DNA of 64,000 bases from the NCBI GenBank assembly GCA_041489255.1, contig JBGPQV010000004.1, positions 64,001 to 128,000 of the forward strand. Reading direction: 5' to 3'. The stretch is from Thermoplasmata archaeon (GTDB taxonomy: Archaea > Thermoplasmatota > Thermoplasmata > RBG-16-68-12 > JAFNFQ01). Every line of letters starts with the position of its first letter. Positions within the stretch are counted from its first letter, which is position 1. The notes below the pieces were generated by a model. That model was given only the letters and a program-made list of their open reading frames with translations, did not search any database and was not told where the DNA came from. Shown here piece after piece: positions 10,525 to 19,607 of this stretch. A program made the position numbers and the translations under genes.

Positions 10525-11085
10525 ATGAGCACGCCTCCACAACAGCCTATGAAAGTATGCATGTCGTGTGGCCGTCAGATAGGGGCGACCTACAACGCCT
10601 GTCCCTACTGCGGTGCCCCACAACAGGCCGCGGCTCCGATGGGAGCGCCCATGGAGCAGTCGCGCGTGTGCATGGGATGCGGAAGAACGATAGCGACAAC
10701 GTATTTTGCTTGCCCCTACTGCGGGAGACCGGCGGGTGCGATGGGGGTGCAAATGGGCCACAAGGAGACCGCGTACCCGATCGTCGCGGGCATCTTCGAG
10801 ATACTCGCGGGGATAATCGGTCTGGGATTTGGCGGGTTGACCATAGTTGGGGCCGGGGCGGCATCCACTATCCCATACGTCGATGTTGCCGGGATCATTA
10901 TGGTCTGCGGCGCGATTTTGGTCGTGTTCGGACTGATTAGCCTGCTCGGCGGCATATTCGCCTTGCAGAGGAAAAACTACGGGATGGCCTTGGTCGGCGC
11001 CATCTTCGCCCTATTCTGCGGATTCCTCATATTCGGAATACTGGCGCTGATATTCGTCATACTCGCGAAGGACGAGTTCCACTAG
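10525..11085 (+). CDS. Double zinc-ribbon membrane protein
   Basis: Two CxxC-x10-CPYC repeats followed by 3 hydrophobic helices; TATA-like TATTTAT near 10487. Confidence 0.8.
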   Translation: MSTPPQQPMKVCMSCGRQIGATYNACPYCGAPQQAAAPMGAPMEQSRVCMGCGRTIATTYFACPYCGRPAGAMGVQMGHKETAYPIVAGIFEILAGIIGLGFGGLTIVGAGAASTIPYVDVAGIIMVCGAILVVFGLISLLGGIFALQRKNYGMALVGAIFALFCGFLIFGILALIFVILAKDEFH

Positions 11086-11118
11086 CCATCAATGAACCGA
11101 CTTGGGTCCCATGCAAGA

Positions 11119-11158
11119 GGTGCCCGTCTGAGGGCGGGCACCGTCAATCCTTTTCTTC
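11119..11158 (+). terminator. Putative terminator hairpin
   Basis: GGTGCCCG-N8-CGGGCACC followed by a pyrimidine run CCTTTTCTT. Confidence 0.4.
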
Positions 11159-11262
11159 ATACGGAAATTATCACTACGAATCCTCGCCTTGAAACCCGGA
11201 CCGCCTCCTGATATTGGCAAAGGGCTTTAGAGGGAATCGTGATACGTCGCCAGGTTGTCACG

Positions 11263-12531
11263 ATGAAGACATCGGAAATATCCGGCTTCTACAAGCTGAG
11301 CCCCGCGGAGCGCCTCGCACTCGTCAGGGAGTATGCCGCCTTGTCCGAAGATGAGGCCAAGGCCCTGTCTGCCGAGGGTTCTCTCAAGCTCGCCGACGCG
11401 AACAGGATGATCGAGAATGTTGTGGGGACGATGCCGGTGCCGCTGGGCATGGCGGTGAACTTCAAAGTAAACGACCGCGACTATCTAGTGCCTATGGCGC
11501 TCGAGGAGCCGAGCGTCGTCGCGGCGGCATCCAACGCCGCGAAGATGGCCAGGGCGAAGGGGGGTTTCACCGCGACGACAACAGGCCCGGTCATGATCGG
11601 GCAGATACAGGTCACTCACGTGCCGGACCCGGACGGAGCCGCTCAAACGATCATGCGGAACAAGGACAAGATACTCAAGATGTGCAACGCCAAGGATCCC
11701 GTGCTCGTCAAGTTCGGCGGGGGCGCGAAGGATGTGGAGTGCAGGATCGTCCAGAGCATGAGAGGACCGATGCTCATCGTGCACCTGCTCGTCGACTGCA
11801 GGGATGCGATGGGCGCGAACGCGGTCAATACGATGGCGGAAGCCGTGGCGCCATACCTGGAGGAGCTTAGCGGCGGGAGAGTCTTTCTCAGGATAATCTC
11901 GAATCTCGCAGTCAAGAGACTCGCCCGATCGACCGCAATCTTCGATAAGGAATCCATCGGCGGACCTGATGTGGTCGAGGGAATCCTGGAGGCATACGCA
12001 TTCGCGGAAGCTGACCCTTACAGATGCGCGACTCACAACAAGGGCGTGATGAACGGGATTGACGCGGTGGTGCTAGCCACGGGCAACGACTTCAGGGCGG
12101 TCGAGGCTGGCGCGCACGCATACGCGGCGATGGGCGGGAAATATCACTCGCTGACCACCTGGGAGAAGAATGCCGACGGCGACCTCGTCGGTTCAATCGA
12201 GCTTCCCTTGGCAGTTGGCCTCATCGGCGGAGCGACCGCGTCTCACCCCGTCGCGAAAGCAAATGTGCGGATCCTTGGCGTGAAGACTGCGCAGGAACTC
12301 GCGGAGGTCATGGCGTCTGTCGGTCTGGCGCAGAACTTCGCCGCACTCAGGGCGCTCACCACGGAAGGAATCCAGCGGGGACATATGTCACTCCACGCGA
12401 GGAACATCGCGATTGCGGCTGGCGCCATTGACGATGAAATCGACCGGGTCGCCGCGCTGATGGCCTCCGAGAAAAGGGTCCGGATGGACAGAGCGAAAGA
12501 GATTTTGGACCAAATGCGAAAGGGCAAGTGA
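11263..12531 (+). CDS. mvaA: Class II hydroxymethylglutaryl-CoA reductase
   Basis: SGFYKLS..ER, IENVVG, EEPSVVAA, DAMGANAVN, ATHNKG and EGIQRGHM motifs. Confidence 0.95.
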   Translation: MKTSEISGFYKLSPAERLALVREYAALSEDEAKALSAEGSLKLADANRMIENVVGTMPVPLGMAVNFKVNDRDYLVPMALEEPSVVAAASNAAKMARAKGGFTATTTGPVMIGQIQVTHVPDPDGAAQTIMRNKDKILKMCNAKDPVLVKFGGGAKDVECRIVQSMRGPMLIVHLLVDCRDAMGANAVNTMAEAVAPYLEELSGGRVFLRIISNLAVKRLARSTAIFDKESIGGPDVVEGILEAYAFAEADPYRCATHNKGVMNGIDAVVLATGNDFRAVEAGAHAYAAMGGKYHSLTTWEKNADGDLVGSIELPLAVGLIGGATASHPVAKANVRILGVKTAQELAEVMASVGLAQNFAALRALTTEGIQRGHMSLHARNIAIAAGAIDDEIDRVAALMASEKRVRMDRAKEILDQMRKGK

Positions 12532-12687
12532 AGCCCCGACATCGTTCTCCGGCGGGTCTATAATAGTTGATGTGATAACGAGATTATAGACATAAATTCG
12601 CCATAATGGTTGATATGGGGTCTGGGCCGCTCTCGTGGCGGGAATCTCCAAATCCTAGAATCTACATCCACATGCAGGAGCGCTGGA

Positions 12688-13227
12688 ATGCGTAGTCAGT
12701 ACGATGATGGGCAGCGATTCCAATACTCCATTCCTTCAGTGCAGACGCAGTACCAGACCGACTACACTCCGCCGATCTCCAGACCGACGGCAGGGTTGGT
12801 TCTCTCCGTCCTTGGCGGCGTCTTCGTTATCTTCGGAGGCTTGGCACTCCTTCTGGTTCAGGGCACATTCGGCTACTATCTATCCGGGATTGCCGCCGAG
12901 GCGATATGCGCCCCGATAGGAGTCATCATGATACTCGGAGCTATCGATGCATATTCACGTCCCCAGAGAAAGGTGGCCTGGGGCACGACGATAATCATCC
13001 TATCGCTCGTGAGCTGGGCATTCGCGCAGGGCGGCATGATATTCGGCTCCATACTCGGCTTGGCGGGAGGCATTCTCATCGTCGCGCATAAGACGTCGAT
13101 GCTTCCAGCACCGCCGCAAGTGATCATTCGCGAAAGGGATGTGGTCAAGATCGCGTGCCGCAACTGCGGTGCGATTGTGGACTTCGAGATGATGACTTGT
13201 CCGTATTGCGGGCGCTCACCAAGGTGA
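12688..13227 (+). CDS. Membrane protein with C-terminal zinc ribbon
   Basis: About 4 TM helices, then CRNC..CPYC; AGGAG upstream of ATG 12688. Confidence 0.75.
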   Translation: MRSQYDDGQRFQYSIPSVQTQYQTDYTPPISRPTAGLVLSVLGGVFVIFGGLALLLVQGTFGYYLSGIAAEAICAPIGVIMILGAIDAYSRPQRKVAWGTTIIILSLVSWAFAQGGMIFGSILGLAGGILIVAHKTSMLPAPPQVIIRERDVVKIACRNCGAIVDFEMMTCPYCGRSPR

Positions 13228-13477
13228 GAGACCGTCTCATTGGTCGATTATGCTGACCACTATAATAGAATCATAAGTTACGCAATCAGATATAAAATGA
13301 AACGTCATGCTTTTCTGCTGCATTTCTTGGCAAATTCGCCACGAAAGCTGAACGTAGCTCGCCCCACGCACGATGCCGTGAACTCGGCGTGATTGGCGGG
13401 ACCGAACATCGCGCAGTCGACGTTGCCGACAGTCTTTTGTAGTCCAAGCTAGATACGCGCTCGCGGGATGGGAACCG

Positions 13478-14344
13478 TTGACAGCGGTCGCGCTCTACAC
13501 CAGAGTTTCTACTGAGGATCAGGCCAAGGAGGGCTTCTCCCTCGATGCGCAGCAAGACAGGCTGCTGGCCTACTGCAAAGCCCGAGGCTGGGATGTTGCC
13601 GACAAGTACGTCGATGACGGCCATTCGGGCAGGAGCGTGAAGCGGCCGGCGTACCAGAGGATGATGGCGGAGAAGGACAGGTGGGACGCCCTCCTCGTGA
13701 TCAAGATGGACCGCATACACAGGAACGCGCGCAACTTCATGGAGATGATGGACAACCTCCAGAAGTGGGGCAAGGATTTCGTCTCTGCCACCGAGTCGCT
13801 CGACACCAGCACCGCAATGGGCCGGTTCGTGATGGACATCATCCAGAGGATCGCGCAGCTGGAGAGCGAACAGATTGGAGAGCGCGTCTACATGGGGATG
13901 AGCCAGAAAGCGAAGAAAGGAGAGGGGATACTCGGTTCACCGATCCCATACGGCTATCGTCTCGTCGATGGCAAGTTCTCTGTTGTCGAACCGGAGGCGG
14001 ACGTCGTACGCGAGATCTTCCGAAGGTACTGCGGCGGGGATTCCCTGGAGGACCTGCGGCGACACCTCAGGAGAAAAGGCATTCTCACTAGGATCGGGAA
14101 AGAATGGTCCAAGATGAGTCTGGCTCACATTCTGCATAATCCAATCTATGTCGGGAACCTTCGGTGGGACGGCATCATCAGGGAGGGCGATCACTCCGCC
14201 ATCGTAGACTCGGAGACATTCGACGAGGTTCAGAGAACCAGCTCGAGTAAACTGAGAAATCGTCCGCACGCGAGGGGACAAGGCGCGAACGGACTCGGTC
14301 ACGTAACGACAACCCGCCAAGCCGCGACACCACAGGAAGGATGA
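13478..14344 (+). CDS. Serine recombinase (resolvase catalytic domain plus recombinase domain, no zinc-ribbon tail)
   Basis: YTRVSTEDQ (catalytic Ser), DDGHSG, RPAYQRM, KMDRIHR, DTSTAMGR, PYGY, NPIYVG, HSAIV. Confidence 0.93.
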   Translation: MTAVALYTRVSTEDQAKEGFSLDAQQDRLLAYCKARGWDVADKYVDDGHSGRSVKRPAYQRMMAEKDRWDALLVIKMDRIHRNARNFMEMMDNLQKWGKDFVSATESLDTSTAMGRFVMDIIQRIAQLESEQIGERVYMGMSQKAKKGEGILGSPIPYGYRLVDGKFSVVEPEADVVREIFRRYCGGDSLEDLRRHLRRKGILTRIGKEWSKMSLAHILHNPIYVGNLRWDGIIREGDHSAIVDSETFDEVQRTSSSKLRNRPHARGQGANGLGHVTTTRQAATPQEG

Positions 14345-14348
14345 ACAC

Positions 14349-15131
14349 ATGGCTGACGCCGCACGCGAATCGGTGAGGAACTCGCTCCCGAGATGCGAAA
14401 GATGCTGGTCGACCGCCGATGTTCAGCTCTTCAGATTCATGGCGACCGGGGAGATGACCAGGAACGACGACGAAACCGGCATCCCCCTCTGCAATGAATG
14501 TAGAAAGAAGGCGCCTCGAGATCCATTGGTCTTCAAAGAGATATTCTTGCGTTTCGGCTCACCGAAAGAACTGCTGTCCGCGTACTCCGCGCATTCAGAG
14601 GAGGAAGCCATCGGGAAGCTCTGCGCCGAGAAGCGCTTGGACTATGCGAACATGATGGCGCGGTTGAGTGGCTCCGCCGCAGCTGCGCGGATCGGGGCCG
14701 AGCTTGCGGGGGAGAAGACCGGCGGCAAGATGGCCCACCTCATGGGGCCGTTCGGATACCACTACGACGATTCCGGCTTGGCGGTGAACGAGACGGAGGC
14801 GAAGGTCGTCCTCGAGATCTTCAACTTGTACATGAACGGGCTCGGCATCGCAAAGATCTGTCGAGAGCTGAACAGGCGGGGTCACCGGACGAGGACGGGG
14901 AAGGCGTGGGCGAGTCAGACGGTCGCGAACATTCTGAGCAACCCAATCTATTGCGGGTTCATGCGAGTCAACGGCGACCTCAAGGCCGGGAAGCATAGGC
15001 ACCTGGTCCAGGTCGGCGTCTTCAACCGAGTACAGGAGGAAATGCAGCGCCGCATAAGGCGGCCGGACCAAAAGAGCGATAACTGCCTGACTTTGCCGCA
15101 AAAAGAGGCGCAACTAGGGGAATCTCAGTAA
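14349..15131 (+). CDS. Non-catalytic recombinase-domain protein with N-terminal degenerate HNH-like Zn finger
   Basis: CERC..LCNEC at the N-terminus; PFGY..EAKVVLEIF..LNRRG..W..NILSNPIYCG..H..LV at the C-terminus; no YxRVS motif. Confidence 0.8.
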   Translation: MADAARESVRNSLPRCERCWSTADVQLFRFMATGEMTRNDDETGIPLCNECRKKAPRDPLVFKEIFLRFGSPKELLSAYSAHSEEEAIGKLCAEKRLDYANMMARLSGSAAAARIGAELAGEKTGGKMAHLMGPFGYHYDDSGLAVNETEAKVVLEIFNLYMNGLGIAKICRELNRRGHRTRTGKAWASQTVANILSNPIYCGFMRVNGDLKAGKHRHLVQVGVFNRVQEEMQRRIRRPDQKSDNCLTLPQKEAQLGESQ

Positions 15132-15153
15132 AACACGGTTCACCGTGTTTTAC
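15128..15153. repeat. Perfect 12-bp inverted repeat with 2-nt centre
   Basis: GTAAAACACGGT-TC-ACCGTGTTTTAC, overlapping the stop codon of the upstream gene. Confidence 0.9.
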
Positions 15154-15182
15154 GGACAAGGGGGAAAATGGGCTTGACAAAA

Positions 15183-15295
15183 CATAGTGACCATAGCACT
15201 ATGGAAGGCGATACGCCTATTGGTGCTATAGAAAGGTTTAATGCTAAGCATACTATATAGCACAATAGAATTATGGTAAAGCATAAAACTATGGG
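15183..15295 (+). promoter_or_regulatory. AT-rich promoter with repeated ATAGCAC operator-like motifs
   Basis: CATAGTG-N7-CACTATG; CTATTGGTGCTATA and TATAGCACAATAG flank AAAGGTTTAAT (BRE/TATA-like). Confidence 0.55.
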
Positions 15296-15304
15296 AGATG
15301 GACA

Positions 15305-15451
15305 ATGCCCGCTCGGAAAGTTTCGGTGACGACGATACAAGTATCCGCCGCGACGAGGGACCGACTGTACAAGCTCAAGTTCCGGAAGACCTATGATGAC
15401 TTCCTGCAGCAGTTGTGCGATCTCTACGAGCAAGCACAGGGCGAAAAGTGA
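15305..15451 (+). CDS. Small ribbon-helix-helix-like DNA-binding protein (48 aa)
   Basis: Manual translation MPARKVSVTTIQVSAATRDRLYKLKFRKTYDDFLQQLCDLYEQAQGEK; the TTIxVS..RL..LK..TYDD.L pattern is typical of archaeal RHH/antitoxin-like proteins; GGAGATGG upstream. Confidence 0.75.
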   Translation: MPARKVSVTTIQVSAATRDRLYKLKFRKTYDDFLQQLCDLYEQAQGEK

Positions 15452-15569
15452 GATTCGCGGTCTTTGATTATAATATTCCATCATTATAGCAACAAGCTAA
15501 ACTAATGGCGTATAAGCGTAAACAAGGCGTTTAGAACCCTTTTTGACCGCACATGCGTTGGTGGTTGCG

Positions 15570-16946
15570 ATGCAGAGTTGGGTTGAGAAGTATCGCCCGC
15601 AGACGCTCTCGGACGTGGCGGGGAATGCCGCCGCGCTGAGCGAGCTGAGGTTGTGGGCCGAGTCTTGGGACAAAGGCAAGCCTCAGAAGAACGCTGTGAT
15701 CCTGGCGGGCAAGGCGGGGACGGGCAAGACGAGCGCAGCCCTCGCATTGGCTCAGGATATGCACTGGCAGGTCATTGAGATGAACGCGTCTGATGCCAGG
15801 AACGCCGATGCGGTGCGCAGGATTGCCACACGCGGTGCGAGATTCGAGACGTTCCTCTCGGACGGCAGCTACGTCCGCGCGAGCGAGGGCGGGAGGAAGC
15901 TGATAGTCCTCGACGAGGCGGACAACCTCTTCGGCACCGAAGACAGGGGAGGGATAGGGGCAATCGTGGAGACAATAGAGAAGAGCGGTCATCCGATCGT
16001 GCTCATCGTCAACGACCTCTACGAGCTCACTCGGAGATCCTCGTCCCTGAAACGCCTTTGCAAGACCATCAAGTTCCAGCGCATCCACGCAGCGACCGTG
16101 AAATCGGTCCTGAAGAAGGTCTGCAAGGCCGAGGGAGTCACGGTGTCCGAGGACATGCTGGAACATATGGCGACAAAATCGCAGGGAGATCTGAGGTCAG
16201 CGGTCAACGACCTGCAACTGGTCAGCGCAGGCAAGACCGATGTGGGGATCGAAGATGCCTCGGCGATAGGGTCGAGGGACACCGAAGGCAACGTCTATGA
16301 TGCGCTCCTCGAGATCTTCAGGTCGGGCAGTGTGGAGAAGGCGAGGAAGAGCACGACGAATCTCGATGAGTCGCCGGAAACCTTGATCCTTTGGATAGAC
16401 GAGAACATGCCGGTCGAATACAGGAGGCCAGACGACCTCTCGCGGGGCTACTCGGCTCTCTCGAAATCCGATGTGTACTTGGGGCGAGTGAGGCGCCGTC
16501 AGAACTACGGCCTCTGGTCATACGCCAAAGACATGATGACCGGTGGTGTGGCTGCCGCGCGGCAGGGCTCCTATGCCGGAGGTGTGTACAGATTCCCTAC
16601 GTGGCTCATGAAGATGTCTCGTTCGAGCAGCTTGCGGAAGACGATCGACTCTCTGGCGGGGAAGCTCGGATCCTGCATGCACACTTCAAAGAGAGTGATA
16701 GTCAACGATGTCATCGGGCCGTTCCGCCAACTGTTCCGCAATGATAGCGAGCTGAGGTTGAACGCAGCCATCGAACTGAACCTCGATGCGAAGGAGATTG
16801 CGTTCTTGCTTGGAGAAGAAGAAGACTCACACCCGGTGAAGCATCTCATGGAGGCGGTTGGCAAGCTCAAGAGCGCAGAATCGGAGGGTTCGACGGGGTT
16901 CGAGAGGTTCGCAGGGAGCGAGAACCAAAGCGAGCGCGACGAGTGA
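15570..16946 (+). CDS. rfcL: Replication factor C large subunit
   Basis: WVEKYRP, GKAGTGKT, EMNASD, DEAD, GDLRSAVNDLQ, WIDEN. Confidence 0.95.
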   Translation: MQSWVEKYRPQTLSDVAGNAAALSELRLWAESWDKGKPQKNAVILAGKAGTGKTSAALALAQDMHWQVIEMNASDARNADAVRRIATRGARFETFLSDGSYVRASEGGRKLIVLDEADNLFGTEDRGGIGAIVETIEKSGHPIVLIVNDLYELTRRSSSLKRLCKTIKFQRIHAATVKSVLKKVCKAEGVTVSEDMLEHMATKSQGDLRSAVNDLQLVSAGKTDVGIEDASAIGSRDTEGNVYDALLEIFRSGSVEKARKSTTNLDESPETLILWIDENMPVEYRRPDDLSRGYSALSKSDVYLGRVRRRQNYGLWSYAKDMMTGGVAAARQGSYAGGVYRFPTWLMKMSRSSSLRKTIDSLAGKLGSCMHTSKRVIVNDVIGPFRQLFRNDSELRLNAAIELNLDAKEIAFLLGEEEDSHPVKHLMEAVGKLKSAESEGSTGFERFAGSENQSERDE

Positions 16947-17051
16947 AGGAGTGAATCCGCCTATTGCGATGGCGTCCTGAAATGGCCATGGACACACGAC
17001 ATGGGCTCGCAAGGTGGGCAGATTGTCCGATTCACCAAACCGCTATAACCC

Positions 17052-17999
17052 ATGGCGGTATTCGTCGGTCCCGACATGGAAAAGGACAAGCGCGAATTGC
17101 TCGAGAGACAAGGATACAGAATCGTGGGCGAGCATAGCGCGGTCAAGCTGTGCCATTGGCTCAAGAGCGAGATTGCCGGTGGCCCGGGCTGCTACAAGGA
17201 GACATTCTACGGGATACGCAGCCATCGTTGCCTGCAGATGACCCCCACGGCGGATGCATGCAACCTGAATTGCCTCTTCTGTTGGAGGGCGCAGGATTGG
17301 GGCACTGACAGCCTCATCCACGCCGATGATCCCGGACGGATAATCGAAGACTCGATCAAGGCCCAAAGGGTCCTGATCTCGGGGTTCAAAGGCAATCCGC
17401 GCGTCTCGAAAGATATGTTCGCCGAGAGCAGCAATCCGAATCAGGTGGCGATTTCGCTGACGGGTGAGCCAACTTTGTATAGGCGCTTGGGGGAGCTCAT
17501 CGAGGATTTCCATGAGCGCGGAATGACAACCTTCCTGGTCACGAACGGCACGAATCCGAAAACACTTGAGAAGCTCGACCCGTTGCCGAGACAACTCTAT
17601 GTGTCAATCGTCGCGCCGACAGAGGAGATCTACCGGAAGCTGGCGTTCCCGAAGAGCGGCAACGAATGGCGCCATCTCAGGGAGACCCTCGAGCTCCTTC
17701 CCAGTCTGGACACCAGACGGGTCATCCGCCATACGCTTGTGGACAAGTGGAATCTGGGTTTCGCCGAAGACTACGCGAAATTGGACGCGGCTGCCGATCC
17801 GGATTTCATCGAGTGCAAGGCGTACATGTTCGTCGGGCGCTCCCGCGAAAGGCTGCTCATGGAGAACATGCCCTCCCATGCGGCCATCAGGGAATTCTCG
17901 GCGCAGCTCGCAGACGCCACAGGCTATGGTGTGGCCGGTGAGAGGGAGGACAGCAGGGTGGCGCTTCTGACGCGCGACGGCGCCCTGCACCCCCTCTAA
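17052..17999 (+). CDS. taw1: 4-demethylwyosine synthase TYW1 (radical SAM)
   Basis: HSAVKLCHW, CYKETFYGI.SHRCLQMTP, CNLNCLFCWR, ISLTGEPTLY. Confidence 0.95.
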   Translation: MAVFVGPDMEKDKRELLERQGYRIVGEHSAVKLCHWLKSEIAGGPGCYKETFYGIRSHRCLQMTPTADACNLNCLFCWRAQDWGTDSLIHADDPGRIIEDSIKAQRVLISGFKGNPRVSKDMFAESSNPNQVAISLTGEPTLYRRLGELIEDFHERGMTTFLVTNGTNPKTLEKLDPLPRQLYVSIVAPTEEIYRKLAFPKSGNEWRHLRETLELLPSLDTRRVIRHTLVDKWNLGFAEDYAKLDAAADPDFIECKAYMFVGRSRERLLMENMPSHAAIREFSAQLADATGYGVAGEREDSRVALLTRDGALHPL

Positions 18000-18012
18000 G
18001 CTGCATCCCGTC

Positions 18013-18582
18013 ATGCGAGGCAACTCTTTTAGTCCCGCCAAGCTTGTGGGGTTGACAGGTACAGCCTTGCCTGATCTAGTAGGCATGTTGGAAAGCTTCC
18101 TCGGAGATCCAGCCGTCTACCTGTTCCTCGTCTTCGGATACTCGATTCTTGTCGCGGTAATCCTCCCAATCCCCATAGAGGTCGCTCTCATTTGGCCGCT
18201 CTTGAAAGGCGAACTTCCGTACTTCGCGGCCGTGGTACTGGTCATGGCAATCGGCAAAACCCTGGGAGCGCTCTTCGTGCTCTTCCTGGGCATCAAGGTC
18301 GAGAAGACGGTCTACTATTGGAGCCGCAAGTCTGAATGGTTCGGCAAGCTGGTACATTACCTCGGTCTATTTGTGAAGAAGACCGGCTACATTGGGCTCT
18401 ACATTATCCTGAGCATCCCCTTGATGACGGACACGTTCCCAATCTACATATACTCCATTTTCCACGAGGAGGGTAAGAAGCCAAGCAGGTTCAAGTTCAG
18501 CATGAGCAACTTCTTCGCCGCGATTACCAGAGCGATCATCATCGCTGTCATCGTCACGCTGTTCGGCGTGCAACTCATCTAG
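18013..18582 (+). CDS. Membrane protein, DedA/VTT(YqaA)-like; start uncertain (ATG 18085 possible)
   Basis: LPIPIE motif, GKTLGA, LSIPLM.D, several TM helices. Confidence 0.65.
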   Translation: MRGNSFSPAKLVGLTGTALPDLVGMLESFLGDPAVYLFLVFGYSILVAVILPIPIEVALIWPLLKGELPYFAAVVLVMAIGKTLGALFVLFLGIKVEKTVYYWSRKSEWFGKLVHYLGLFVKKTGYIGLYIILSIPLMTDTFPIYIYSIFHEEGKKPSRFKFSMSNFFAAITRAIIIAVIVTLFGVQLI

Positions 18583-18590
18583 GAGGAGAA

Positions 18591-19607
18591 ATGCCCGCTC
18601 CCGAGGTAGACTGGATTCGGTGGGACGACCTGCCGCCGATACTCAACTCCGCGGCGATCTTGGACAAGGCTTTCAAAAGGGCTGCAAAAGCGCACGGCCG
18701 CGGAAGAACGAGAGCGGAGAGAGCCAAGTCAGGGAGCGTGGCGAGAGTGCATTCGTTGGGTGACACGATCTCCTCGACACTCGAGAGGTATGTCAAGGCG
18801 TTTCCAAGCATCGGGAGGCTGCCCCCGTTCTATCGAGACCTCATGCACATACTCGTGAACGTCGAGACGGTCAGGCACGATCTGGGGACCGTCGACTGGT
18901 GCAGGAAGAAGGTGCTGGCGTTCTCCAAGGCGTACTCGCGCGAGATAGGCCGTTCCAGCGATGCCGGGCTGGTCGAGGTAAGGAGGAAGGAGGCGTATGG
19001 CCGGATAAGCTCTCTCGTCCATCAGGTGGCGGAGAGCTTGGAGCGCCTTGAGGCTGCGAGGAAGAGGCTGTCCAGCGTCCCGTTGATCGACCTCGAGGCA
19101 CCGACGGTCGTCGTCGCCGGGATGGCCAATGTCGGCAAGAGCCAGTTCGTAGCCGCCGTGTCCACGGCCAAACCCAAAGTGGCCCAGTACCCATTCACGA
19201 CCAAGGAGATCAGTTTGGGCCACACGGAGAGGGGCCATCTGCGGATTCAGGTGATAGACACCCCGGGCCTGCTGGACCGCCCAGCCGAGAGAAGGAACCC
19301 CATAGAGCAGCAGGCCGCCAGCGCGCTGAAAAACCTGGCGAAGCTGGTCGTATTCCTGTACGACCCGACAGAGACATGCGGCTTCACCATGCCAGAACAG
19401 ATTCACTTGTTCGAAAGGCTCAGAGAGGAATTCCCCGACGTGCGTTTCGTCGAAGTGGAGAACAAGGTCGACCTGAAGAATTCCGGTTCCGGCAGGATGA
19501 AAGTCTCGGCCCTTACAGGGAAAGGAGTGGACAAGGTTCTGGATCATATGGCGGCTCTACTCACCAACCGCGCTCCTGGAGCCTCTCCTCCTCAGAGAGC
19601 TGACTGA
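18591..19607 (+). CDS. NOG1-family GTP-binding protein
   Basis: [42 protein letters not shown]. Confidence 0.92.
   Translation: MPAPEVDWIRWDDLPPILNSAAILDKAFKRAAKAHGRGRTRAERAKSGSVARVHSLGDTISSTLERYVKAFPSIGRLPPFYRDLMHILVNVETVRHDLGTVDWCRKKVLAFSKAYSREIGRSSDAGLVEVRRKEAYGRISSLVHQVAESLERLEAARKRLSSVPLIDLEAPTVVVAGMANVGKSQFVAAVSTAKPKVAQYPFTTKEISLGHTERGHLRIQVIDTPGLLDRPAERRNPIEQQAASALKNLAKLVVFLYDPTETCGFTMPEQIHLFERLREEFPDVRFVEVENKVDLKNSGSGRMKVSALTGKGVDKVLDHMAALLTNRAPGASPPQRAD

Noticed and set aside
11263-12531. Bacterial-type class II HMGR as a novelty
   Set aside because: Already known in Thermoplasmata and Archaeoglobi.
15140-15484. 114-aa minus-strand ORF
   Set aside because: No recognisable features; it overlaps the better-supported RHH-like gene and its promoter.
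15132-15560. AT-rich region as a replication origin
   Set aside because: No ORB-like repeats with G-strings recognised, and no cdc6/orc1 gene nearby.
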